Of a DNA stretch of 64,000 bases, positions 25,136 through 39,050 are shown piece after piece. The notes under the pieces were generated by a model. It was not told the DNA's origin, did not search any database, and saw only the letters and a list, made by a program, of their open reading frames with translations. Position 1 is the first letter of the stretch, and every line of letters begins with the position of its first letter. The translations under genes were made by a program, and so were the position numbers. Source of the stretch: the human T2T-CHM13v2.0 reference genome, Homo sapiens; the NCBI RefSeq assembly GCF_009914755.1, contig NC_060928.1; one strand, written 5' to 3'.

Positions 25136-26254
25136 CAAATAATTGAACAATTTGACAGTACCTGGCACAGTAATTCAAAATGACAGAACTGGGGGCAAAG
25201 AAGAAGTTCTATGGGTTTGCATGGTGTAAGATAAAATCAAGTTCAAGGTAATCAAGAAAGAAATTAATAAACTAGGAATTTTGTTGAATATGATTAAAAA
25301 CTATAGATGGTTAAAAATTGGGTAAACCAACTGTATCTTTGATAAGGATCAGTGAACTGGTTTAGAGTACATTAGATGTATATTACAAATCTTCCTTTTG
25401 GGGGAAAACAAAAAAAAAGTGTCCTGTGACTCCCTGTAGGAGGGTCAGTCTGAGAAAATCCGTTACAATTTCCTCCAGCATTTCAGTGGTCCAGGAGGAT
25501 GGGTTCAGTAACCCATGGCAACCCAGTGAATGTGGGTAATAGGAAAACATAAGCTTCATTCAGTTCTGTTAGTAGGAGGACTTGCAAAATCTAGCACCTA
25601 CATAATCCTTGGAATGTATAAGATTTAATATAATACAAATAAAGGAAACCCCAGCTCTTTAGAACATTTAAGAACAGTCACAAAGCTTTATGAAATACGG
25701 TATATATTTCTAAAAGACCAAAATTGCTTTTAAACAATATATAATAGTTAAAAATGATATCTTTTATTAACTCTTACTCCCGTTTCATGGCTAGCTAACT
25801 AGCTAACACTTAAATTCTCTGTATACTATACTAAAGAAATATAACACAAAGTTGTCAGCTTTTAACTAAAAATATGATTTATAGTTTCTCTGTATTTTTA
25901 ACTTTAGAATCAATACACCAAACGATAAACTCGTAAAATGAAAAAGGTCAAACACTTGTATTCAGTTTCCTAAGATGAGAATTTCTTAATTATTTGCATG
26001 TCTACTTAACTTCTTATTGTCTTCCTCTTTCTAATGATATTCTGGGAGAGATTTGATTAGTAAACTACCTCTTTAGAGCAAAGGGTTTTAACGATTTACA
26101 GCACATTAAATGTATAGAAATTGCATTCATCTGAGCTAGATGACTTTCCTCAAATTCGCTGTTCCCTGGTGCTTTGAGAAGATGAATAGTTTGTTCCTCA
26201 GGTGCAAATATTATTTTAACTGTTTAGATTCATGCTTAGTCATGCATTTTTTTA

Positions 26255-27300
26255 AACTTACTTTTTCAAATTGTGGTAAAAAAAAAACACATAATGCAAA
26301 AGTTACCATCTTAACTTTTTTTTTTTTTTGAGATGGAGTCTCGCTCTGTCGCCCAGGCTAGAGTGCAGTGGCGTGATCTTGGCTCACTGCAACCTCCACC
26401 TCCCGGGTTCAAGCAATTCTCTGCCTCAGCCTCCCGAGTAGCTGGGATTACAGGCGCCCCCCACCACGCCCGGCTAATTTTTGTATTTTTAGTAGAGACG
26501 GGGTTTCACCATCTTGGCCAGGCTGGTCTTGAACTCCTGACCTTGTGATCCACCCACCTCGGCCTCCCAAAGTGCTGGGATTACAGATGTGAGCCACCGT
26601 GCCTGGCACAAAAGTTACCATCTTAACTTTTTAAGGGTACAGTTCAGTGGTATTAAGTACATTCACATTGTCATGAGGCCAACATCAGGGTGTATCCTGG
26701 GAACTGTTTTCATCTTGCAGAACTGAAACTCTGCACCTATTACACACTAACTCTCGGTCCTCCCTACCCTCATCCCCTGCAACCATCATTCTACTGTCTG
26801 TCTCTGTGAAATTGATTACCCCACCTCATCTAAGTAGAATCATAAAATATCTGTCCTTTTGTGACTGGTTTATTTCACTTAGCATATCATCAAGTTTCAT
26901 CCATGTTGTAGCGTGTGTTGGAATCTTCTTCCTTGTTAAGGCAGAATCGTATTCCATTGCCCACGTGTACCATGTTTTGTTTATTCATTCACCTGTTGAT
27001 GGACATTTGAGTTCCCACTATTTTGCTCTTGTGAAGAATGCTGCTGTGCACACAGGTGTACAAAGAACTGGCAAGTCCCTGCTTCAGTTCCTTTATGTAC
27101 ATACCCAGAAGTAGCATTGCTGGCTCACATGGTAATTCTGTTTAACTTATTTTGAGGAACCACCAAACCGTTTTTCACAGTGGTTGCACCATTTTGCATA
27201 CCCACCAACGGTGTACAAGGGTTCTAATTTCTCCACATCCCTGACAACACTTGTTATTTTCTGTTTTTTTCCTTGATAGTAGCCATCCTAATGGATGTGT
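26255..27300 (-). mobile_element. L1M-type LINE-1 3' end, interrupted by an Alu
   Basis: Antisense L1 3'UTR (tacagttcagtggtattaagtacattcacattg, ttttgtgactggtttatttcacttagcat, gaggaaccaccaaaccgttttt). Confidence 0.88.
26317..26608 (-). mobile_element. AluS-type SINE inserted in the L1
   Basis: Antisense dimer with a 20-bp TSD caaaagttaccatcttaact (26297-26316 and 26609-26628). Confidence 0.95.
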
Positions 27301-27879
27301 GTTCTTAGTCATGTATGTTATGAAGTACACTCATAGCTCCATGCTGTGGATGATCTGTCTTCTCTGAGAAGTTAGAAGAAAACTGGAGTGATCTCTGTGT
27401 TGTCTGCTGCACAGAGAAACATGATCAGCTGGAGTCTTTCTTAGAAGGCCGCTGTCACTTGATTAATAACCAACACGGAAGGCAGAGGCAGAGCAGACCA
27501 ACAAACGTGCTCCTGGTTTCTTGTGCTTGTATTTGAATACTGTTTTCTTATTTTTTTCCAAGCGAGGGAAATATTTAAACACAGGCAAAGTACACTTGTG
27601 ATTCTTTAAGTTTTATCCCTGTTTGCAGTGTGTGCTATGAGGTAGTGCTGTGGGATGTAACCATATGGGCCCTTCCCAAGTTGCTTAAAATGTAGTGAAG
27701 AGCTTAGAATATCTTTAGGGGTGAGCTGCAGAAAGTGAGGTGTCAGATGAGTCCTTACCTGGGGCTGTGAGGGGTGTGGCATGGAGTTGTCAGGCTGCAT
27801 TCGGCAGGGTCAGCATTGAGTTGACTCTGTCCTTGTGTTCTAGATATACCCTCCGGAAGGTAGGAACACTCTGTAGACT

Positions 27880-28068
27880 GTGGTTCCTAGACACCATCTG
27901 TGGACCAGCATTGAGTTGGTTCCTTCTGCAGAATCATCTGGGGAACTTAAGCAGATACACATGTTAGCCTCATTCCAAAGTATTTGTAGCTTGGGATGGG
28001 GTCCAGAACTTTATATTTTCAAAGCTCTCGAGGTGATTCTGATGTACAGTTAGGTTTGGTAGCCACTG
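27880..28068. mobile_element. MER5-type (hAT-Charlie) element
   Basis: gtggttc...cagaatcatctggggaactt...aggtgattctgatgtacag...tttggtagccactg. Confidence 0.7.
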
Positions 28069-29286
28069 ATTTGGAATTGCCTGTCCAGGACAGCAGCCTC
28101 TCAGCTCCTTCCTTCAAATCCTCACTGCTTCCTCACACCTTCAGCAAACCAGCGTTGCCTGTTCGTGTCAGGGCCTTGACACGTATGCTTGTCTTATTAA
28201 AGAGTCAGGATCCATTCTTGCCTTGAAGGCCCCCACAGTTGGCTGGAGATATACAGGAAACCACTGCGGGACAGTGGGATGAGGGTGATGATGGGGGCTG
28301 AGTAAGGGGGGCTGGACCCCCACAGAGACTAGGACATGGGAAAGGACTTCTGAGGAGGCACAGGAGCCCCGTGTCTGCCCTTGGAGGGGCAGGCAGCCCA
28401 GCAGGAAAGGACAAGAGAGGCTGGAGACAGGAGGAGTCCCCCAGGCAGTGCCCTCTCTCTGGAGGCCAGCAGATGAGAGAGACAAGGCAAGAGAGAGGAG
28501 GGGCTGGGACCCAGGAGGACCTTATGTTTCGAGCTGAGGAGCTGTCGGGTTATTCTGAGCTTAATGAGTCCCAGACAGACTTGAGGTAGGGGAGTGACAT
28601 GTTGGGATTTGCATGAGAGGGAGATCGCCCTGGCTCAGGGTGGAAAATGGATTGTAGGGCCTAGAGGAAGAAACTGATAGGCCGGCAGTGGATAGAGATA
28701 GGCTCGCAAGGGTGACAGGGCCAGAATGTTGAGGAATTCCATGCCTGGCGGTGCCTGTCTCTACCTTGAAGCAGGAAGTTGGCTGCAAGAGTTGGAAGAG
28801 GTCATGGGCAAGATACCAGAGTCAAGATAGCTGTGCTGGCGTCAGAAGGTACATGCGTAGACCTCCCTTAGAGAGTCTTAGGGAGGCCTGCTGAGGCCGG
28901 ATACCGTGAATTTGTGGTGGCCTTAATTTGTATGATGAGTGATTTTTACATGTAGCGGTCTATAATCTGAGTGCAAAAGTGGGAGTACCAAACATTTGGA
29001 TTTTTCTAGGTTTTAACACTTTGCCAAGTAGAAGGATCTAGAGTAATGAGGAAGTTGAGGTTTCTTTTTCTCCCCGTGTTTTAATCTTCGAATGAAGCCA
29101 GGGCTGATGGGATGTCTCCTTTGGGGGTTTGTTCCTAGTGAAACAGAGGTTTGGTATATGAGAAGGTGAAAGCACAGGTTTGGTATGTGATACTCCTTAA
29201 TCTTCTGAATGGTTCTCTAATGATGGTAGTCTAAATACTCAGAAAAGGAATCCAAATTGAAAGAGGTACAACGGGTGAAAATTTGA

Positions 29287-29475
<189 letters not shown>

Positions 29476-30587
29476 TGAAGAATAATTCCAGTTGGAGTCT
29501 ATTATCATGAAGAATTATTTCTGAAGGACACTTGAGCTCTTCTTAAGCTCTAGTCAAGAAAAATTGATCACCTAATTAAGCTTTTGTCAGATGTGACTTT
29601 CTGTGTATATAATGTTCCACTAGACAATGTAATACATATAACTAGGACTAGAATTGCACTAATTTGGGATAATTGGGAGGAAGACCTGTCTAAATAAGTA
29701 AAAGATTTAAATTTTATAGAATGTTTAATGGAATGCAGTCTTATTACTTTCATGTCCTTAAGCTATCTAATGAATGGATAAATTATTTATAATTAGCATA
29801 TCAATGGTTCTACTAAGAGATTGCTCCTTTTAGTATTTGAAAACAGGGTTTTTTTTTTCTTCTTGAATCATTGATATGGTGCCCTGAACTTTTATTTATG
29901 GCAGTTATTTGTCCTAGCCAAAGGAAAGGTAACCTTTAACCTGGCCCTATCCCATCATCGCCAAACTCCAAATTGGTAGGTTTCGAATTAACATGAAATT
30001 TTATTACATGGGAGAACCAAGTAATTCTGCATCCTTAATGACACGAGTCTTTTTCGTTTTAAAAAAGAAATCTGTATTTCCATCACCTATATGAGAACAG
30101 ATGTGTTTTTAAAATTCAGAGGAAAAATACACAAATAAATATTCAAGATAAAGAAATAAAACAGTCAAGATACATTAAAAAGTGCAGATTTTAAAAATTA
30201 AGAAAATAAGATAAGGGAATAATAAACATAAAAAATATAAAGCATTCAAGATAAACACTCAAAATGATAAATAAGTAAATATCCAAGAAGAAATAAGTAA
30301 GAAACACGTCATTTTCCCCAAAGAATATTTTAGAATTCCTGATAATAATGTTTTCCACTTATTGAGGCCCTCATAGGAGCCAGTGATATTCTTTCATTTA
30401 ATACAACACCCAATTCTCTGAGGTTGGTATTATAATTATATCAGTTTACTGATAAAGAATTTGTGGTTGAACATTACTAGCTAATTAATGGCAGAGCTAG
30501 GATTCAAATCTGGATCTGCTAACTTTTCTTAGGACGAACCTTTAGTACTTCATCTTCCAATGTATAATTAGAGTAAAGCAAAAGTGG

Positions 30588-30886
30588 GTTTTTTTTTTTT
30601 CTTTTTGAGACAGAGTCTTGTTCTGTCACCCAGGCTGGAGTGTAGTGGCACAATATTGGCTCACTGAAACCTCCACCTCCCGGGTTCAAGCAGTTCTCCT
30701 GGCTCAGCCTCCCAAGTAGCTGGGACTTGGCACGCGCCACCATGCCTGGCTAATTTTTGTATTTTTAGTAGAGACGGGGTTTCGCCATGTTGGCCAGGCT
30801 GGTCTCGAACTCCTGACCTCAGGTGATCTGCCCGCCTCGGCCTCCCAAAGTGCTGAGATTACAGGCGTGAGCCACCGGGCCCGACC
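30588..30886 (-). mobile_element. AluS-type SINE
   Basis: Antisense dimer with ctcctgacctcaggtgatctgccc. Confidence 0.93.
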
Positions 30887-31169
30887 ACAAATAGTGTTTT
30901 TTAACCAGATCTGTAAAAAGTTTAGGAGATGGAAACTGGGCAAAAGTAAAGTATTAACCTACTCTTAACAGAAAGGAAAAAATGCTATTGGTGCAGAAGT
31001 GGCAGCGTTCGGGAGGATCAAAACAACACATCATGATGAGTATTATTTCCTCATTGACTCTGATTGCTTTTCTAGCCAGTTATTGATTCTTTGCACACAT
31101 GTAGACTTTTCAGTTGGTTTTCTGAAAGCAGAGCCAACGCCAAATAGTGGCTTGAGGCCCGGATGTGGG

Positions 31170-31390
31170 AGCAGGCTGGCTGAGTTTGGGCACAGGCTCT
31201 GCACGGAACCAGCTGTGTAGCCTGGCCCCCATGCCTGGCCTCTGTGTCTCATGTGTAAAATGGGACAATAGCAGCACCTGCTTCATGGGATTGTTTGAGG
31301 ATCAAATGCCTTCATCAATGTAAAACCTTGAGGACAGCAATCTTTGATTTAATGTTATGTGCTCCATAACAGTGAACAGTTATTGTTATT
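31170..31390 (+). mobile_element. MIR SINE
   Basis: ctctgtgtctcatgtgtaaaatgggacaatagcagcacctgcttcatgggattgtttgaggatcaaatg. Confidence 0.7.
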
Positions 31391-32692
31391 AATAAGCTTA
31401 TAGTGTCAGTTTAGCAAGAAGCATCTTTGGGCCTCTAAAAAAGGGTCATTTATTTCTGAGAACTTTTGGGGTCTTTTTTTTTTTGAGGTGGGAAAGACTT
31501 AATTGCCGGTAATTACAATCTCCCCTGACCTATAGGAGCTGTTTTAAATAGTGTGTTTAAAATAGATTGGCTTTGCAGGCTAGACGTGGTACTTTTTCAG
31601 TGCACATATTACTGAGCTGGAAGGACCCATTAGGACTTAATGGTCAGGAGGTTGCCAACTGATGTTTTTGATAGGAGGTAGGAGGGTGTGTGAGTGCTGG
31701 TGTGGCATTCTAACAATTGCCTTCTTTTGCCCTTTCTGGGACTTACCCAGGGCTTTACATCTATGAGGAGCCATTGTCAGTCTGCTCTCTCTTCTTGCTT
31801 AGGAGGAGAACAGACTTACCCTGTTTCTCCACTTGCAGGTAAGTGAGCACACCCCTCAGCAGGGCACCCAGGCATCCCACCAAGTGGCCGGGAAACAAAC
31901 CTGGCTCTGCGTCCCTCCTTGCTGTGGTCGGATGGTCTTGCAGAGGCTGTGATAGGACCAGCATGATGGTCAGGCTACTCAACAGAGAGGATACAACTGC
32001 AGAATCTTTCCAGATGAACAGAGGTGCTAAGGATCCCTGGTGTATTATTTCAGTGGTTCCATTTTGCATTGTTTGCTTATGGGCTTTGTGGCAGCTTTTT
32101 TTCCCAACAGATTGGTGTTCAGTTTAGGTCATCTGTTTTAAGTTCATTTGTGTCTTTCACGTGGGTGAGGATGGGGAGCCCTCGGGGGGGGCATTTTGTA
32201 TCTGGTGTACCCTTCTGTTCATCTCTGCACCTCCCCAGAGCTGCCCACGAAATGCTTATAGCCCCCGTGGTCTCCTTTCTGTGCAGAAGATAATAAACTG
32301 TTGGATTTAAAACAAAATGAAACAGCAAAAAAACCACACAAACACAAAAGCCTACTTCAATGTCTGCAGGAGCTTGGATTTTGCCCCCTTCAAGATTCTT
32401 GAGAAACGTATCTTTCAGCTGGAGAATACAGTGAAGAGAATAACAGAGGAGAGCCTTGGTGTTCAAGGATTTATCAGAGATTTCAATTATTAACGGGTGA
32501 TCAGGATGGAGGTCTAGGACAAACTTGCAATTTTGCTGAGGCACAAAAATTTTAATCCCATGTCCTGTGAGCGTGGACCTGAATCAGTAACCCAGTGAGC
32601 CGGCCGAGCCTGGCACTCTTGCCAACCCGGTGTATCTCCACGGGCCTGTTCTCAAAGTTCTGAGACAGGAGGGGATTAACAACTTAGTGTCT

Positions 32693-32804
32693 CAGGAGGC
32701 AGAGGTTGCAGTGAGCCGAGATCACACCACTGCACTCTCCAGCCTGGCGACAGAGCGAGACTCCATCTCAGGAAAAAACAAACAAAAAAAAAACAACAAA
32801 AAAA
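32693..32804 (+). mobile_element. Severely 5'-truncated Alu (3' end of right arm + A tail)
   Basis: ggaggcagaggttgcagtgagccgagatcacaccactgcact...gacagagcgagactccatctc + A-rich tail. Confidence 0.88.
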
Positions 32805-33788
32805 CTTGGTTTCTTTTTGGAAATAGTCCTGAAAAGAACACCAACCCACCACAGCTGCTGGTGATAAGAAATAAGAGAAAATGACGATGTCTGAGAAAGT
32901 CATAGCTCTTACTCAAAGGAAAAGAAGCTTTGGATAAAGTGTGAAATACTTGTAACACAAGCCCCGAAAGCGTAACTCCTGTAACCGTCTCGAGAATTCC
33001 TCAGATGAGTATGTTTCACTTGCCGTCTTAATTTTAATACAAATAATCTTTAAAGATACAAGGCAGTAACTTAAAATTTTTAGTTATTGGGAAAATTACA
33101 TGAGATCTAGTCATGATCAAAAACATGGAGATTTGCTGAAGTCTTGGGGCCTCCCATTGCTCATGGCTGGTTTCTTTTCTACAGCATACAGGATGAGACC
33201 AAAAGAGTTCAGAGCTGTGCCCCAAATATCAAGTACACAGCTATCATTAAATCAGATATTTTATGCTGTTTTTGATTTTGTGGTGGTATTGGCCTTCCTT
33301 TGAATAATCCAGTAAAGATTTAGATAAACGCGTTAGGAATTCAGGGAAAAGAACGGCCTAGGTCTGGAGGTTTGGAAGTAGTACACATTTTCTCTTTATA
33401 TGACATTACGTGTAGTATGTTGGGTCATTGCCATACCTGAGTGGAGTTTGGGGACATAATTTATAACAATAACCGATTGATTATTGGGTATATTTCAAAC
33501 ACCTTAAGTGAGACTGAGAAAGTGATTGAATCTCTGGCCATGGATCACACTGGGTTCTTCTGAGCCTTTTGTAAACATTAAAACCAAATGAACAAAGAGG
33601 CTCTTGCAGGGGATTCATAACTCTCACTTCGCGCTGCCATTCCACATAAAACCAAAAAAAGGACCATTTAGCAGTATTGTATGCTGAAGGGCCACAGCAT
33701 CGACAAGCTCCCGGTTAAACGTATTTCTGAGGTACAACAGCTGTTTTGTTGATGTTATGTTCACTGCTCTGTGAATAATTTTGTATAG

Positions 33789-34127
<339 letters not shown>

Positions 34128-34130
34128 AAC

Positions 34131-34621
34131 TTTTTTTTTTTTTTTTTTAAGACAGGGTCTTACCCTGTCATCCAGGCTGGAGTGCACTGGTACAGTCATA
34201 GCTCACTGCAGCCACAAACTCTTGAGCCCAAGTGATCCTCCCAGCTCAGCCTCCAGAGTAGCTGGGACTACAGACGTGCGCCACCAAGCCCAGCTAAGTT
34301 TTTTATTTTTATTTTGTTATTATTTTTTATTGTTTGAGACAGGGTCTTACTCTGTCACCCAGTCTGGAGTGCAGTGGCACGATCATGCCTCACTCCTGGG
34401 CTCAAGTGATCCTCCTGCCTCAGCCTCCCAAGTAGCTGGGACTACAGGTGTGTGCCACCATGCCCCTTTTTTTTTTGTTTTTTGTTTTTTTTTTGTATTT
34501 TTCCTAGAGACGGAGTCTCATTATATTGCCCAGGCTAGTCTCCAACTCTTTTGTTCAAGCCATCCTCCTGCCTCAGCCTCCCAAAGTGCTGAGATTACAG
34601 GCGTGAGCCATTGCTCTGGCC
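34131..34621 (-). mobile_element. AluJ-derived compound (extra right monomer + dimer)
   Basis: Two successive right-arm copies (34131-34300, 34320-34465) followed by a left arm (34500-34621). Confidence 0.85.
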
Positions 34622-35097
34622 ATAACTTTTGTTTCAAGAAGGAAGTTAGTCTTCAATATTCTGTTCTAAAGCTTAATAGAATAATATGAAGCTATATTTC
34701 TTTCCCTCTGTTTTGGAGGAAGAGCTCATATTTTTTGGATGCTGTAACTCAGTATTTCTGAATAACTTCAATATCAGTTGAAATACTGACCTAGATCTAC
34801 AAATTTTCTTTTTTTCTTGCATGATATTCCTAGAATCATATGTGGTTTCTACAGATATCTTCAAATCAAAGAGGCTGAGCATAAGCCATACTGGTTAAAA
34901 TAGAAATTTCTATTGGGGGACAATGAAAGTGTCTTTGTTAGTATCAAAATAAGTCTTAAAAATATTCATCTAGAAACTTGTCATGTTTGTTCTTGTTAAG
35001 ATGATTGTGTTGAACCCAAAGCCTAGCTTGTTGAGTAATTTTTCCTTGTAATTTCTCAAAAGATCTTCATTTATCATCTACTATAATATATTAATTA

Positions 35098-35466
<369 letters not shown>

Positions 35467-35661
35467 CTAGTGTCTATATGCAAGCAATATATTAGTTGCG
35501 AAGTGTCTAGGAACAGTGAAAGACACAAGTCTCCTGTTTACTTAGATTATGCAGACTATTGTGAAAGAAAGGGACTGAAAGGAGTTCACTATACCGTAAA
35601 GGTAGTGTGGCGCAAGGTGAACGTGAGTCTGTAGGGTAAGGTGAGTCAGGAAGTGCCTTGT

Positions 35662-35784
35662 AGGTTGGATGACCTTATAAACTGGCATGCTGGGGCCAGT
35701 GAAAGAGGGCACTATTAATAATTGCACGAGAAGAGCAGGCATAAGCTGCAACCATCCCAGGCAAATGGGAACGTATGGTTACCC
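35662..35784. mobile_element. MER94-like (hAT-Blackjack) element
   Basis: agtgaaagagggcactattaataattg...caggcataa...tcccaggcaaa...tatggttaccct. Confidence 0.65.
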
Positions 35785-36270
35785 TATGCATGAGGGTAAG
35801 GAATTTGCATGCTCTTAAGAAGCAGTAAATGAGAAACTGTAGAGAGTGTTTAATCTAGAGAGCAATATAATAAAAATTTGCATTGTGGAAGGCAGAGAAG
35901 GATTGGAGCGGGCAAGAAGGGAGGCATGGAGACCAGGGAAGGGCTGTTTCAGGGATCCAGGCCTGGGAAGGAGACAGCGTGGAGCAGGTGATGATGGTGG
36001 AGAGGCTGAGTGGTGGGCAGAGCTGAGAAGTGCTTTGGAGACTCAGCTGACTGACAGGTGTCAGTGACTGTGAGGATGTAGCCGATGAGTAGGAAGGAGG
36101 AGTCAAGGTGATACCCAGTTTCTGAGAAAGGGAGAGGTGCCATTTGCTTGGATGGAAATGCATGAGGAGGAGCAGCTATGGGGTTGGGGACGTTGATGAG
36201 TTCCATTTTAGATATGTTGAGTTTCAGGTATTGATGCAATATATTGATACAATATATTAATTGTGTCAGT

Positions 36271-36400
36271 GTATACATACAGTATATGTATGTATACATA
36301 CGTATATGTATGTATACATACAGTATATGTATGTATACATACAGTATATGTATGTATACATACAGTATATGTATGTATACATACAGTATATGTATGTATC
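36271..36400. repeat. 21-bp AT-rich minisatellite (gtatacatacagtatatgtat), ~6 copies
   Basis: Read directly; produces the VCIHTVY / VCIHTYT repeats in the ORF track. Confidence 0.95.
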
Positions 36401-37230
36401 AGTATACACATTAATGGTGTATTGATACAATATATTATACAGTAGAAATGTTTGGCAGGCATTTTTTTCCTTTCTGTGTTAACCTCAACATCAGCCTGCC
36501 CATACCAATGTTGTTATTTAGGGCTTTTAATCCCTGTGAAGATCTTGAGCACCTAGACTTGCTGTGACTCACTTAAGGGCTCATGTCAGCCTTGAATATG
36601 AACTGTTCTGAGCCTTGTGAAAAGTAGCATGGCTGCTCTTGTTGAAGCAGCTGAAGTTTGGCTAGGAAATGGGGAACCCGACTTCCTACAACAACGTTGT
36701 CTCCCAACTCCCTGTCAGAACTGTGGAAGATGTGGGTGTTTCTGCAGCTTTAGAACTAAAGAAATGTCCTACATGACAGCTCCTCCTCATCTGAACAATA
36801 TTTATAGCCTCTTGCAGAATACGACTTCAAAAATAACTAGTATTTATAAGGCACTTATTCTGCAGAGCTTGCCTCTATTTTTCCATTTTTCCTTAGAATC
36901 CATACGGAGTTGTCGAGAGGCAGATTCACATGCTAAATGACCATGAAAAATATATAAATATGACATTGCTTTCTGAATGGTTTATTAGTTAATGTTCGTA
37001 TTAGCCAGTGTTTACATTTTTAATGTGCATCAATAGAAAAATTTCTCTTTAAGCTCCTGGATAATTTCCGAAGCAGATTATCTGGCTCACGTACAACATT
37101 TATTGGAGTTTGTGGACAGACACAAATACCGTGCCTTTCCCCAGTATATTTTAAGTGATACCGATTTACTTTAATACTGCAGATTTAGCCAAAGACGTAA
37201 TTGGGAATGGCTTTTCCTAAGCCTGTCTAA

Positions 37231-37592
<362 letters not shown>

Positions 37593-37927
37593 TGAAACTC
37601 AGAAGTATTAAGACATTGTAAATTATGCCCAACTTGAGTATTGCTAACAATTACATTTATGAGGTAATTAGAATTGTAGTATCTCCTGTTTTAAAGAGCA
37701 TTTATTATTTATACTCAGCTTCATCCTGCCTCCCTGCAAAAGTATTTAAGATGTGTTAGGGAGACACATAGCTATCATGTGATGAAAAAAATTAAATAGT
37801 GGAAAAATGGACAGAGAGAATAAAAATAGGAAAGTAAGCAGAAGGTGGGGTGTTTTAAGAATTAAGATGTGCTGGAAGAATTAAGAAATTCAGACTTGAT
37901 TCTATCTATTTAAAGATGTAAATATTG

Positions 37928-38240
37928 GCCAGGTGTGGTGGCTCATGCCTGTGATCCTAGCACTTTGGGAGGCCGAGACGGGTGGATCACCTGAGGTCAG
38001 GAGTTTGAGATTAGCCTGGCCAACATGCAAAACTCCGTCTCTACTTAAAATACAAAAATTAGCCGGGCATGGTGGCAGGTGCCTGTAATCCCAGCTACTT
38101 GGGAGGCTGAGTTAGGAGTATCGCTTGAACCCAGGAGGCGGAGGTTGTAGTGAGCTGAGGTCGTGCCACTGCACTCCTGCTTGGGTAACAGAGTGAGACT
38201 CCCTCTCAAAAAAATAAAAAATAAAATAAAATAAAATAAA
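37928..38240 (+). mobile_element. AluS-type SINE
   Basis: Sense dimer with (AAAAT)n tail; TSD-like aaagatgtaaatatt / aaagaggtaaatgtt. Confidence 0.93.
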
Positions 38241-38532
38241 GAGGTAAATGTTGTATTTAATTGAAAAATTTCTGTCTCTCTATCCTGAATGCCTTGGCCC
38301 AACCCCTTTGTCTTAAATCAGGAAATGGAGAATTATTCAAGCAATTGGATCTAAGTATATAAAGGCCTTTAGAAACTTTAGATAGCCTAACTTTCTTTTA
38401 CCTTTATTTCTATATAGCCTGTCTTTTATTCTTGTCTCCTTTACTGACTTATCCAGTTGTACAGCAATTAATGACAGAATTAATTAAAACAAATATCCAG
38501 AATCTTTCACTCAACAATTCCTTGATTTAGAG

Positions 38533-39050
38533 CAGCAGTTCTTGGCCTTGTCAGCCTCAACGAGCCTCCTTTTTTTTTCAAACAACAACAACAAATACTT
38601 TGGTAATGCTTCTTTTCTTATCCTGAAATATAATTTATCTACACACATAATTTCAAAGAATCAATATGCATCTTAATTGTAAAATAAATGAGAAATAAGA
38701 AGAATGTAGCTTATAGTAAAATTAGGTGTATTTTCATATGTACCTGCTTAGATAGGTCTTCACCAGAAAATGCAGGAAGCTGCCAGCTGCTTCGCCTCTT
38801 AGGGGTATCGCTATGAACGCACAAGCAGGCTGACTCCTCAGGTTGCATGGGTGCCTCAGGCACAGTCATCGCCATTGCCATTGGCGACACAATTTTCTAA
38901 AACAAGAATCAACTCAGTGCAATATTTCAAACAAAGCAAAGTTCAGTTTGTTCCATCTCCAGTTGTAATCCTGGAAAACTCAGCTTTTATTAAAGCCGGG
39001 GAAACAGTTTGGTGTTTTTATGTAAAATGGAGTTCTGTTCTAAGTGCAGA
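38533..39050. mobile_element. Possible old hAT-Charlie-type DNA transposon relic
   Basis: TAGAG-CAGCAGTTCT start typical of Charlie termini and an AT-rich internal segment; family not resolved. Confidence 0.35.

Noticed and set aside
32119-32544. 141-aa minus ORF containing LDLHPDHPLII, reminiscent of the HSP90 LEINPDHPI motif
   Set aside because: Resemblance is limited to ~10 residues, the flanks do not match, and there is no poly(A) or TSD; a tBLASTn hit extending beyond the motif would be needed.
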